Assembly (NCBI GenBank): GCA_030324005.1
Contig: JARDVH010000025.1
Span: 51,751,537-51,815,536, forward strand
Direction: 5' to 3'
DNA: 64,000 nt
Origin: Negaprion brevirostris
Lineage: Eukaryota
Made by a program: the position numbers and the translations under genes. Below the pieces are notes generated by a model. It made no database searches. It was not told the DNA's origin and worked only from the letters and a program-made list of their open reading frames with translations. This document shows, piece after piece, positions 24,948 through 37,160 of this stretch. The number at the start of each line of letters is the position of its first letter. Positions within the stretch are counted from its first letter, which is position 1.

Positions 24948-26170
24948 AGTAAGAAGTCTCACAACACCAGTTAAAGTCCAACAGGTTTATTTGGTAGGAC
25001 AAGCCACTCGCTGTCAGAGGGCTGCTCCATCAGGTAAGTGGGAGTTCTGTTCACAAACAGGGCATATAAAGACACAAACTCATTTATAAAATAATGATTG
25101 GAATGCAAGTCTTCACAGGTAATCAAGTCTTAAAGGTACAGATAATGGGAGTGGAGAGAGGGTTAAGCACAGGTTAAAGAGATGTGTATCATCTCCAGCC
25201 GAGACAGTTAGTGAGATTTTGCAAGCCCAGGCAAGTCGTGGAGGTTACAGATAGTGTGACATGAACCCAAGATTCTGGTTGAGGCCGTCCTCATGTGTGT
25301 GGAACTTGGCTATCAATCTTTGTTCAGTGACTCTGCATTGTCGGTGTCGTGAAAGCTGCCTTGGAGAATGCTTACCCGAAGATAAGAGGCCGAATGCCTG
25401 TGACTGCTGAAGTGTTCCCCAACAGGAAGAGAACACTCTTGCTTGGTGTCTGATGCTACGACAATGGATGAATGAACACTGCTTGACAATCACCTGACAA
25501 GACCGTTCTCTTCCTTTTGGGGAACAATTCAGCAGTCACGGGCATTCGGCTTCTGATCTTTGGCTGAAAGTTCTCCAAGACGGCCTTTACGACACACGAC
25601 AATGCAGTCACTGAGCAGAGGCCGATAGCCAGGTTCTGCACACATGAGGACGGCCTTAACCGGGATTCTTGGGTTCACGTCACACTATCTGTCACCCCCA
25701 TGGCTTGCCGGGGCTTGTAAAATCTCAATACACATCTCTTTAACATGTGCTTAACTCTCTCCCCACTCACATTGTCTGTACTTTTAAGACTTGACTACCT
25801 GTAAAGACTCGCATTCCAACCATTATTTTGTAAATTGACTTTGTGTCTTTATATNNNNNNNNNNNNNNNNNNNNNNNNNNNNNNNNNNNNNNNNNNNNNN
25901 NNNNNNNNNNNNNNNNNNNNNNNNNNNNNNNNNNNNNNNNNNNNNNNNNNNNNNACCTGTAAAGACTCGCATTCCAACCATTATTTTGTAAATTGACTTT
26001 GTGTCTTTATATGCCCTGTTTGTGAACAGAATTCCCACTTACCTGATGAAGGAGCAGTGCTCTGAAAGCTAGTGGCTCGTGCAACCAAATAAACCTTTTG
26101 GACTTTAATCTAGTGTTGGGAGACTTCTTACTGTGTTCACCCCATTCCAACGCCAGCATCTCCACATCAT
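24948..26170 (+). mobile_element. Penelope-like element 3' end with an inverted copy (fold-back, junction about 25452) and a 14-bp TSD
   Basis: GIY-YIG C-terminal remnant on both strands (…RVTEQRLIAKFHTHEDGLNQNLGFMSHYL on minus; RQWMNEH…LPFGEQFSSHGHSASDL on plus). TSD cataatttgttcac at 24934-24947 and 26168-26181. Confidence 0.88.
26039..26075 (+). ncRNA. Minimal type I hammerhead ribozyme motif in a Penelope pseudo-LTR
   Basis: CTGATGA (26043-26049), stem II ggagc-agt-gctct, GAAA (26064-26067), palindromic AGCT, CUA triplet, and a short stem I ttac/gtgg. Confidence 0.7.
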
Positions 26171-26314
26171 AATTTGTTCACGCCAGGGATGAACATTGGC
26201 AACAGGGGAATGACATCATGGGGACAGACATCATATGATTGGAGGGTGGGGCATCATATCATTGGAGGCATCATGGGAGAGGGGGAGCAGAAATTAAGTT
26301 AAGAACAGGGCACC

Positions 26315-26840
26315 ATGAAGTGCAAGTTTGTCACTGATCTGGTGGATTCGTGCCAAAGAATAACACTTGTAAATAACTCATCAAAAGAAGGATTAGACTT
26401 GCAAGAATGATGCAACAAAACATTGGCGTGGACAAGCTCAAGAAAGATGACAGTGATAGATGGGGAACATTTGAAGATTGGAACAGCTAAAACAGCACTC
26501 AGGTATTGAACAAGTTTCCAGCTGAAGTCAGATAATCCACAGTCAGATGGAGAGTTCAGCACATCTAATCTGCAGCACTGCACCTTAATCTTACTCTCAA
26601 AGCATCCCTTTTGCATTGGAGTGACACTGATGTTTCCAATACGAACAACTCTGAGAGCTGCTTTGAATGACAATGCAAAGCAAAATTTGTGCTGTAAACT
26701 GCTACTTACTAAAAACTTGAAGCAACACAGAGATATTTTATGGAAAATTCTGGCTTCAAAATCTTTCATAATATGGGTTGGGTTCAACCCTGGAGCCAGC
26801 AATGAAAGGATAACATTTTTTCATCTAAATCTCAAGGTTT
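26315..26840 (+). mobile_element. Very old LINE RT C-terminal remnant
   Basis: KFVTDL…DLQE*CNKTLAWTSSRKMTV resembles KF(A/V)DD…LQ..L…W….M with in-frame stops. Confidence 0.35.
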
Positions 26841-27904
26841 GAGAAACATTTCGAGGATGAGATCCAGGTGGAATGCTTGCTACTGTTCAATAGCATCATT
26901 AATCCTGATGTGAAACTAAAAGTATTTGCTTGAAAAAGTGACATTTGGCATCAAGATAAATATGGGTAAGTATCAGAGAAAGCAATATTAATGTAGAGTT
27001 TTTTTTAGCTGTAGATTTGACTTTCATTCATCACTTAGATGAAGGTAACAGCATATCTTTTTCAACAGGAATATTGTCAACAACATCCACTAGGCAGTAA
27101 CGTAGCTTACAAAGTTCAGAATCATCCTTTGTGGCAATACATTACATCATTGTGGTCACTGAGATCACAATGCTGTTTATCATGAATTTAGTCTTTTTTA
27201 AACTTAAAGGGTTTGGGAAGTCAAGGACCACAGTGAAAATTGCGCCATCAGCTAGAAATGGAATGTGGTGACTAGGCAATTTTCACAGTAACTTCAATGC
27301 AGTGTTAATGTAAGCCTACTTCTGACACCAATGAATAAACTTAAAAACCTCCAAATTTTACTTCTGCTTCTATCTTAATGAAATAACCACGGCTGTCCAA
27401 GTGAAGAAATCAAAGAACACCAATAACAAACTGAACTCTCTGTGGACTGTGAGGCTGATGTTTGTCATAAGGTTCTGCAAAAAGATGACTATTTAACATA
27501 AACACTGAATGCTAATCAGGAGGATAGATAATTTGAGTGAGAATAAAATAAATTCCAAGTCAGCTGTATATTCTTTATATCCAGCTGAGGTTTGCGTTCC
27601 CAGTGTTTTTCAGCTTCGGACCAGACCTCAGGGCAACTTAAAAATGAACACCTCCCATGAATTCATTGATGTAGGTCTATCTCTTCGTGGCATTCTGAAA
27701 AATCCTAACAGCGAACAGGGAGGCCTAATCTAGTAGGTTTCCATGAAATTAAATATTTTATTTTTATAAATGGGTGGAGATTTTTTCTAACATAAAGTGA
27801 AAAGAACTTTGAAGTTTTAAGGTACAAAGAAAATTGAACATTATATTAAGTTACGATTTGCATGCAATCCATTTCTAGTTACTTTACTATGCTGTTGCAC
27901 TCAC

Positions 27905-28079
27905 CCTAGGATGTGCTCACAAAGCAGTCTGCAGTAGTCACTGTGTGAGCTGGTAATTAACAGCAGAATTTTCCCAGCATTCTTCAGTTTCCTCAGCCAA
28001 TCTTTCACTGATTCAGAACAACGCAGCAAATATTTTCCTGGATCCTTTTTCACTGATGGAAAATATATTCCAGAGTCTT
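27905..28079 (-). CDS. NT5DC1: Internal coding exon of 5'-nucleotidase domain-containing protein 1 (HAD superfamily)
   Basis: Peptide (E)DSGIYFPSVKKDPGKYLLRCSESVKDWLRKLKNAGKILLLITSSHSDYCRLLCEHIL(G) closely matches vertebrate NT5DC1 as recalled (…KNAGKILLLITSSHSDYCRLLCEYILG). Acceptor ttttttttctttttattcatgcag, donor GG|gtgagt, 175 bp, phase 1/2. Confidence 0.93.
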
Positions 28080-28987
28080 CTGCATGAATAAAAAGAAAAA
28101 AAAGGTCTGACAATGTTTTAAATTATATATTGCAATGAATTTCAAAATGTGAATTATCAACTGATTCATTCAGTAGTCTATATTTACCTTATTTTAACTT
28201 TGACGTGCTATTTAACTTTGTAACTGAATAAAAAATGCACACACTCTGCTCAAAGCTTACAGATTTAGTAGTGGATGATTACTTATTTTGCAGCAATATT
28301 GTGATGTCTCTTTACAAAGATACGATCTAGGCACTATTCATTAATCATCCACTAACACATGTAGCTGAGTGTCTCTGGGCAGACATGTTCATTGAAAAGG
28401 TTTGGCTTCAGATCAAAAATAACCATTCATAAGGAATTTGATTGTATGCAAGGCACCATCAAATGGGAAACAACATAAATTCATTAGGTTCTGAAGTTGT
28501 TGGTGTTTTGCGATCTTAGCAGCAACTTTATGAAAAGTAATTAGCAATGATCATAGTTGTGACATCTGCAAACTATATATTTGTAAATGGCAGTGTTCAC
28601 AGTTGTGACATCAACATCTGCAAACTATATATTTGTGCTCCCTACTCATTAGATTACTGATCATTCGTTAAGTTCCAGTTGGGCAGTACATTGTCTACTT
28701 AGCTGGATCTCCAATTCTCCCATTCCAGTAATTAAAATGTAATATTTTTACGGAGTGCTGAATAATCTCAGGCAGCTTTCATGCTCATTTTTTCCTATTT
28801 GTGAAAGGCTAAAAAGGGTTATTCAACCGACCCAGACTTTCTGATTATTTTGCTTCTACACTGGAAAGTTATACTGATGGTGCTTCATGAAGTGCAGTGC
28901 GTGAAAACGTGCATGGAGCTTAAAGACCAGCATGAACCAGTTGGGCCAAATGATCAGTTTCTGTGGTGTAAACTCTGAATCATTTAG

Positions 28988-29832
28988 ATCATAGAATCCT
29001 ACAGTGCAGGAGGAGGCTATTCGGCCCATCGAGTCTGCTCTGACCACAATCCCACCCAGGCCCGATCCCCATAATCCTATGCATTTCCCCTAGCTAGTCC
29101 CTTTGAATCTTAGGGGCAATTTAGCATGGCCAACTCACCAACCCGCAATTCTTGGCACTGTGGGAGGAAATCGGATCTCCTGGAGAAAAGCCACGCAGAT
29201 ACGGGGAGAATGTGATGTGGGTTTGATGTAGGTTTATGTAATGTAGTGCATGCATGGTAAACCTAATATCTAATCCTTTCATTATATTGTTTTCTGATTA
29301 ATTTTCAAACTTTATTTAAAGACACTGCACAAAATAGTAACCATGAACTGGATAATAATTTGAATTGTCATTGAATCTCTACGGGTGCAGAAGGAGGCCA
29401 TTTGGCCCATCAAACCTGCACTGATAACAATCCCACCCTTACCCTGTAATTCCAGATATTTATCCTGTTAATTCCCCTGACACTAAGGGGCAATTTAGCA
29501 TGGCCAATGAACCCACAATTTTTGTTTGAAGTTTTATGTATTCGTCTCACAAGTAGGCTTACATTAACACTGCAATGAAGTTACTGTGAAAATCCCCAAG
29601 TCACCACACTCCGATACCTGTTCGGTACACTGGGGGAGAATTTAGCATGCCAATGCACCTAACTAGCATGTCTTTTGAACAGTGGAAGGAAACCAGAGCA
29701 CCCGGAGGAAACCCACGCAAACACAGGGATAACGTACAAACTCCACTCAGGCAGTTTTAATCCAAGACCGGACTTGAACACAGGTCCCTGGAGCTGCGAG
29801 GCAGCAGTGCTCACCGCTGTGCCACCATGCCA
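28988..29832 (-). mobile_element. Cluster of three HE1-type SINE pieces (28988-29215, 29370-29515, 29528-29832 with type B tail)
   Basis: Head, core and tail motifs as in the other copies. Confidence 0.8.
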
Positions 29833-31654
29833 ACCATGTAGAAATGGCAACAAGAAAACACACTGTTTGATCCAACCAGTTGGCATTGGTGTTTATTAAT
29901 CATTGATGCAGTGTCGTAAACATTCCTAAGGGAGAGCTGCGAACATACGATAAAAGCTGAAAGTGGCTGTCTCCTCTTTGGCTGGGAATACTGTTTGGAA
30001 TTCTGGAGATAATTAGCGACACTTGGTTGTGCTTTAGATTCCTGATGTGTCACAGGCAGTGGCTTTCTCATTTTTTCTGGAACATCAGTATGAGTGAGCT
30101 CTGCTGGCTAACATCCAAACCAACTGTCTTCCAATATGGTTCTGATAATGAAGTTCATGAAAAGTTTTAAACCATGCTGGCAATAAAACTGGAGCATTAT
30201 GATATATTCATTTTCCTTCTGCATTTGCTCCTCCTCTGAAATCACAAACTACACTGTCTCCAAGTTGTTTGCTTTTGCTCCTTGTTTGTCAATCTCCTCA
30301 GACCAAACAGTGCTTTGACTAGTTAGGCAGATAGGTAATCCCTTTCTCTGGGTCGAAGTCAATAATGCTCTGAGGGGTGCAGACAGCAAGTCAAAAGCAC
30401 TCACATTAAAAAATTCAATGTCCATTCTTTTGTCTATTTATGAAGCTGTTGGCACATGCTGGATCACCAGTAGAAGTGTGGAATCTGCCCTCACCCGAGT
30501 GGCCAACTTTCACATGCACAAACTTTACAGCAGGAGGCAATCTTGCTATGTTCCTGGGTCCGTGAATACTGAGCCCAATCATTATACGGTGACTACGGTT
30601 CATTACAAGATCAACCAACTTGGCAATGAATCTGGGGCATTCCTGCTCTGCAACGGTGAGTCCCACAGGATTATACGTTAAATATAGAGACATCACTCGG
30701 TGGATTTTGGACCTTTTTCTCATTGACATAATTTTTTTATAGGGCATGATTGCAAAATATTGCAAGGGCCCCAGGTGATCTCAATATAATCTTAAACTTG
30801 GATTAACACACAATATCCGCACTTCCAGCAACATAGAATCAGTCCATTTGCAGCATTATTGTAGCATCACATTATAGAATTCTGTCTCATTCTGAGAAGA
30901 AGGAATAAATAGCTGTCCAATGGTTTATTAAGAAAATAATGAAATCAGTGAAATGTTAACTTCACATTAACTTTTACTACTTGCAGAGAACCGACATTTG
31001 TAAGGTTTATCATGCAAATTATGTTCAAAATATGGCTATTTTACTTCCCATATTTCATCTTACATTTTAGATGGTGAAACATAGCTCATAAGTAAAATCA
31101 CAATTCAGACCAATAGGAAATTAAAAATGGATTTGAATTACAAGGTCCTAATATAGTAAATTTGGCAGTATTATTCTAACCCTGGTTCAGTCTGCACCAA
31201 GTGGCAAAGACAGTGGGAAAATGGTCTGATAAAGTAAGACATGAGGAAACAACGGTGACAAAATTCACGTATTTTAGAAAGGCAATCCTCACATGAACCA
31301 AAAGCAGTACTTTTTTAAAAATATTTCCTGGGATATACGTGTGGTTGGTAAGGCTGGCTTTTACTGTCCACCCATCTTTCCTTCACGTGGCCGGGAGGAA
31401 CAGGAGTGATGGTGCCAGGTAACTGAGGTTCTTAAAATATTTTGATCAGCTAGATTCAGAGGGACCATTTCCTTTGATCCAGGTATCCAGGTAAAAGTTC
31501 ACAATCTTAAAATTAGAACCAGACCTCTTAGGAAGGAAATCGCAAAACACATTTTTGCACCAAAAGAAGTGGAAGTCTAGAAATTTCTCCCCAAAAGACT
31601 GCCGGGTCAGGTGAAATTTTCAACACTATGATCGATTCATTTTTGTGTTGCACA

Positions 31655-31860
31655 AAAATCTTGCCACTGTTCTCACCATGGGATCCTATGATCCTGCCAA
31701 CGGTGCACCCTCCACAGCAGGTTTCTCGGCAGCGAGAAGTGCATTCAATGGGAAACCCCGTTGACAATGGTGGGACCATAAGATCCTGCCGCCAATGAGT
31801 GGCAAGCTACTATCTCTCACTGTGAAACACAACACAGAGAGGGAGGCCCCACACCCTCCC
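31655..31860. mobile_element. MITE (same family as 2191-2381)
   Basis: gtgcattcaatgggaaaccccgttgacaatggtgggaccataagatcctgccgccaatg. Confidence 0.6.
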
Positions 31861-32682
31861 ACTTTGGAGTCAAGGACCTGTCCCAACCTGGAACTGCGCA
31901 CTCACCGAATGTCAAGAGATAGCCAAAGACGTTGGGATTAACCCAGGCCGGCAACCACAACACTCACTGCTCACCTGCTCCTGGCTAGAAGCCAATCAGC
32001 AAAATAATAAAGATGCTCATTTTGCTGTTGGCAGACATGAGTCTAAAGCCAGTACATTTCTATCAAAACCCACAGCGTAAACTTCTGCTCTATATTACTG
32101 CCCAATGATAAACTTTGAATGGGAGCTAACATCATTACAAAGGCAAACCAATTTAATCTCATTTTGGGAGTATCTTTTTTAATTGTGCTCAAATCTAGGC
32201 AGATTGTATGAAAGCATGTCCACTTTGTCATCGACGTGCTCCAAAGTGAAACAGTTTTTTTGGTGTGCACGTAAGAAAGGTGCTGATAATTTGCATTAAA
32301 TCACCAATGTCACTGAGGGAAGCTGTATGATGGTTTGTATGAAGTATAAAGGTTCACAGTGGAAATTCATTCCAGTTTTCTGCTAAGATATCATGCAAGA
32401 TGGTACCACACAGTGTCAATCTGCAGTATTTCATCAGGGTGTCTGAAGCTGTGATTGGGGATCAAACACGGCAACTCCTACCCTTTGAAATTCTTAGAAT
32501 CAAAGAATTTTACAGGATGGAAGGAGGCCATTCAACCTTTTCCAGCACGGTGAAACTAGAAGGGCTACTCTCTTTATCTGCTTATTCTCACTCTATTCTT
32601 CCTTCCTTTCCCATATCCTTTTAAGTATTTATTCTCAAGCATTTACCCACTTCCTTTTTGAAAGCTATTGTGCATTACAAGA

Positions 32683-32960
32683 GCAGCACAGTGGTTAGCA
32701 CTGCTACCTCACCAGGGATCTGGGTTCAATTCCCAGCTTGGGTCACTGTCTGTGTGGAGCCTGCATGTTCTCCCCATGTCCATGCGGGGTTTCTCCCAGC
32801 TGCTCCGGTTTCCTCCCACAGTCTGAAAGACGTGCTGATTAGGTCCATATGCCGTGCTAAATTCCCCTTCAGTCTACCCAAACCGAGTGTGGCGACTGGA
32901 GGATTTTCGCAGTAACCACAGTAAGCCTACTTGTGACTAATAAACAAGCTTTACTTTAAA
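32683..32960 (+). mobile_element. HE1-headed SINE, type B tail
   Basis: gcagcacagtggttagcactgct…gtaagcctacttgtgactaataaa. Confidence 0.8.
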
Positions 32961-33519
32961 CCAGGGTAAATTCACATATCATCTGCCACATCCAAGTGCA
33001 ATGAGCTTTCGACACAAATGTCAGCTGGCGAAAGGCAAGCTCTAAAAAAAAAAACAGGCGTGACAAATTCTCCCACATCAAATACCCATAAGACCATCAG
33101 AAATAGGAACAGGGAGTAGGCCATTTAGATCTTTGAGCTTGGTCTGCCATTTCAAGACAATACGGCTAAAATCACACTCACTGACTCTGCAGAACATGCA
33201 TGCACACTATCAACACTCTCCAGAACTCATCAGTAACTACTGCATCCTTGACTGTCAACCTTCACAGTAAATAAAATACCAAACGAACACAAGACTAAAT
33301 TAAAGGCAAAACACTTGCAGGTGAAATCAAAGCAAATACATTCCAAAGGGTCATTCAGACCCAAAACGACTTTCTCAAACGTGCGCTGCCAGATCTGCTG
33401 AGCCGGCCCAATATTTCACAGGGTAACAGTCAAGAATGCAGTAATTACTGAAAGGTTCTGGATAGTGTTGATGGCATACACGCATGCAATGCAACTTAAA
33501 AGACTTAGATTTTCAAATC

Positions 33520-33815
33520 TCTCTATAGCACAGGAGGAGGCCATTCAGCCCACTGAGCCAACACTGACAACAATTCCATCCAGGCCCCATCTCCATAACC
33601 CCACATATTTACCCTGCTAATCCCTTTGACACCAAGGGGCAATTTAGCATGGACAATCCACCTAGCCAGCACGTCTTTAAGACTGTGGGAGGAAACCGGA
33701 GCACCCGGAGGAAACCCACGCAGACACGGGGAGAATGCAGAGGATTGACCCGAGCCAGGAATTGAACCTGGGTCCCTGGCATTCAGAGGCAGCAGTGCTA
33801 ACCACTGCGCCGCCA
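33520..33815 (-). mobile_element. HE1-type SINE
   Basis: Head ggcggcgcagtggttagcactgctgcc; CR1-type tail. Confidence 0.85.
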
Positions 33816-33935
33816 TACTGTTTTTCGATTTCAATTGTGCAAAGTGGCATTTGGTGATGGGCACTGCTCACGTCTACTGAAATATCAGACTCGACACAAC
33901 TACAGAAACGGAGATTCGGTTTAAAAAAGCCATAC

Positions 33936-34169
33936 CCATTTTCTCGGAGAAGGACCACTTTTTTCTAATCTCTGGCGGGGTCTCTGGAAGCAGAAAGGTG
34001 AATGGAGCTGAATTGGGCGGCGCATCAAGATCCTTAGCCGATATATTCGCAAATTGGTAGATTCCATTCTCACATATATACAAATGACTATTGTCAATGA
34101 TCGGAACATTGTCATTCTCGTCATTCAGGTTTATGATCACAGTTCCAGTCCCAGTTCTTTCAGGAACTC
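33936..34169 (-). CDS. Internal coding exon of a classical/desmosomal cadherin (EC4-EC5 junction; desmocollin- or CDH2-like)
   Basis: (G)VPERTGTGTVIINLNDENDNVP…ICEN…NISAKDLDAPPNSAPFTFLLPETPPEIRKKWSFSEKM contains the DxNDNxP Ca2+ linker, AxDxD, the EC5 Cys and PF.F.L…W. Acceptor tttttttttctgttttgttacatag, donor G|gtatgg, 234 bp, phase 1/1. Confidence 0.92.
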
Positions 34170-34299
34170 CTATGTAACAAAACAGAAAAAAAAACAAATA
34201 TCAGTGAAATACAAAACTTTCCTCTAAAAACCTCAAAATGTTTCAAGCTGTATGAGAAGAGACAAGATCATGTTCGGATGGGTTCATTTGAATGGCCCA

Positions 34300-34915
34300 T
34301 CATGGTGGCGCAGTGGTTAGCACTGCTACCGCACAGCGCTAGGGACCCGGGTTCGATTTCCAGCATGGATCACTGCCGGTGCGGAGTCTACACGTTCTCC
34401 CCATGTCTGTGTGGGTCTCCTCCGGATGCTCCGGTTTCCTCCCACAGCCCGAAAGATGTGCTGGTTAGGTTGATTGGCCATGCTTTTACAGTTTATTGGT
34501 CACAAGTAGGCTTACATTCACATTGCAATGAAGTTACTGTGAAAATCCCCTAGACGCCACACTCCAGCACCTGTTCGGGTACACTGAAGGAGAATTTAGC
34601 ATGGCCAATGCACCCAACCAGCATATCTTTGGACTGTGGTAGGAAACTGGAGAATCCGGAGGAAACCCACGCAGACGTGGGGAGAACATGCAAACTCCAC
34701 ACAGACAGTGACCCAAGTGGGGAATCGAACCTGGCTCCCTGGCACTGTGAGACAGCAGAGCTAACCACTGTGCCGCCCCTAAATTACTCCTTGGTGTTGG
34801 GGGATTAGCTGGACAAATAAGTGGGATTATGTGGATAGAGCTTGGATGGGATTGTGGTTGGTGTGGACCTTTTGGGCTGAATTGCCTCCTCCTGCACTGT
34901 AAGATTCTAAGTTCT
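34300..34915. mobile_element. Nested SINEs: a minus-strand type B copy (34485-34777) inserted into a plus-strand HE1
   Basis: The host reads …tgattggccatgct | insertion | ctaaattactcc…gggattag…cctcctgcactgta. Confidence 0.8.
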
Positions 34916-35589
34916 GTGTTCGAAGAGCTACAGTGCAGGAATCCAAGCGTGGTTTGTTCCAGCATCCCAGGAATTCTATGTTAAAACAATTGACTCGAAG
35001 CAGGTAGGTAAGTGGGAGTCAAGGCACAGCTTGGTCAAGTGCTGATAAATGAGATTAAATGGGAGGTCAGGTGTTTCACGCGCATCAGTACAGACTCAAA
35101 TGGGCCGAAGGGCCTCTTCTGCACTGTATGATTCAATGATTAAATGGCAGAATTGGCTTGTTGTATTGACTAGCATACTCCTGTTCCTAAACATACTGGG
35201 GGGGCCGTGCAATGGTCCCCCCCGTGTGTGGACAGACTTAGTGTAACAATGTGCAAGGGAAAGAAATGCAAATCATCCAGTGTTTTTTTTTAAATATTGT
35301 ATGTTAGCAATACCAGGCTAACAAGGGGAAACTAACATGTTCTTCAACATGCAGGGTGACTGAGGGGTGGCGGGACATTTGCCTTTTGCTGAGGGGCTGG
35401 GCAGGAATGGTGGGAAGCCAAGACAGATTAAGCAGCTGTACTAGCTAAAGCTTAAAGAAACATAGAAAATAGCAGCAGGCCATTCGGCCCTTTGAGCCTG
35501 CTCTGCCATTCTATGTCACAACTGATCTTCTAAATCAATGGCATGCTCTCTCACTCCCCACTTTTGTTAAAAAAATTCATTCGTGGAAC

Positions 35590-35910
35590 AGGGGCATCGC
35601 TGGTTAGCACTGCTGCCTCACAGAGCCAGGGGCCCGGGTTCGATTCCCGGCTTGGGTCACTGTCTGTGTGGAGTTTGCACATTCTCCCTGTGTGTCTGCG
35701 TGGGTTTCCTCCTGATGCTCCAGTTTCCTCCCACACTCCAAAGGTGTGCGGGTTAGGTGGATTGGCCGTGCTAAATTGACCCTAGTGTCGGGGGGATTAG
35801 CAGTGTAAATATATGGGGTGATGGCGATAGGGCCTGGTTGGGATTGTGGTCAGTGCAGACTTAATGGTCTGAATGGCCTCCTTCTGCATTGTGGGGATTC
35901 TGTTCTATGA
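35590..35910 (+). mobile_element. HE1-type SINE
   Basis: Full-length copy. Confidence 0.85.
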
Positions 35911-36664
35911 TCTCACTAAGTGCATGGTTTTGCAATTAAGTGCTGAGTGTAGGTGGCCAACCTTTACCCCAGACTGTTTCCAAACGAGGTGACAGGAAAC
36001 TCCTGTGGAAAGCCAGGGTCCAGTGTGGCCAGGTACCAACAGAATTTGCAGCAATTGTGCACAGGTCATGATGGGAAATGCTAACTAGGTTCAAGAACAT
36101 GCTTGGCAGGGGTGGGCAGTGGTGCCAACTTTGGTGCATTGACCCCTCTACTGGTAAGCTGTTAGATCAGATCTGCTGCCTGCTCCAACCAACCTTCATA
36201 TCCACCAGTGACAGATAAATGGGGGAATGAAGTCATACCACTCATAGTCAGATTAATTTGTGCGTGTGTTATAAAGGGAGACAGCGCTTACATTTTTGCC
36301 GTTCTGTAGGGACACTCTGTTTAATGTTTCTTTAGCTCAGACACGGCCACTTCTCTTCCACATAATTAGACACAGGATTTGCTCCAGTGAGTTTCCAGCA
36401 ACAGGTGAGTGGGCTGTGTCTGATTAAATCACCTCTATTTTCATGCCAGCTATCAGCTTCATGACAAGTCAGCATTTCACGCTATTAGCCAGCGTTCTGG
36501 GGCCCTGCTGACAAAGAGATTTGCATATGGGACTTTCTCCTCAGTACTGCACTCTCTGGTCTGCTTTCCCCTCTCCATCAGTCCTCCCCAAACCTTGTTT
36601 GAAGATCTAAGACCTCCTCTCCTCCTCAACACCTTAAATGCTGTAAAATTGGAGAAAGAAGCCC

Positions 36665-36993
36665 AACAGTGCAGAAGGAGGCCATTCGGCCCATCAAGTC
36701 TGCACCAACTCTCTGACAGGCATCCTACCCAGGCCCAGCCCCCATCTCATTCTCGTATCCCCTGCATTTACCCTGCTAATCCCCATAAATTACACATTTT
36801 GGGACACTAAGGGACAATTCAGTGTAGCCAATCTGCCTAATCTGCGCATCTTTGGACTGTGGGAGGAAACTGGAAGGCCCAAACGCAACTCACGCAGACA
36901 CAGGGAGAAGGTACAAACTCCGCACAGTCACCCAAGACTGGAATTGAGCCTGGTCCCCTGGCACTGTGAGGCAGCTGTGCTAACCACTGTGCC
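36665..36993 (-). mobile_element. HE1-type SINE
   Basis: Full-length copy. Confidence 0.85.
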
Positions 36994-37025
36994 AATTGCC
37001 CTCACTCCCACCGTCTGCAGCACAC

Positions 37026-37160
37026 AGGCTGGGATTTTCTGCCGCCCCCCCAGCTACAATAGGTTCCCCAGAGGCAGGTGAGGCAAGCCATTGAAATGCC
37101 TGTTGGCTTTGGCAGGACTGGAAGATCCTACCGATCGGAGGGACTGGAAAATTCCAGCCG
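37026..37160. mobile_element. MITE (same family as 2191-2381)
   Basis: Terminal inverted repeats ggctgggattttc…gaaaattccagcc. Confidence 0.7.

Noticed and set aside
25797-26012. Identical ~58-bp direct repeat on both sides of the N gap
   Set aside because: Unmerged contig overlap (assembly artefact), not a biological duplication.
28553-28637. ~30-bp direct repeat with a short spacer (CRISPR-like appearance)
   Set aside because: Only two units in vertebrate DNA with no cas genes; a local duplication.
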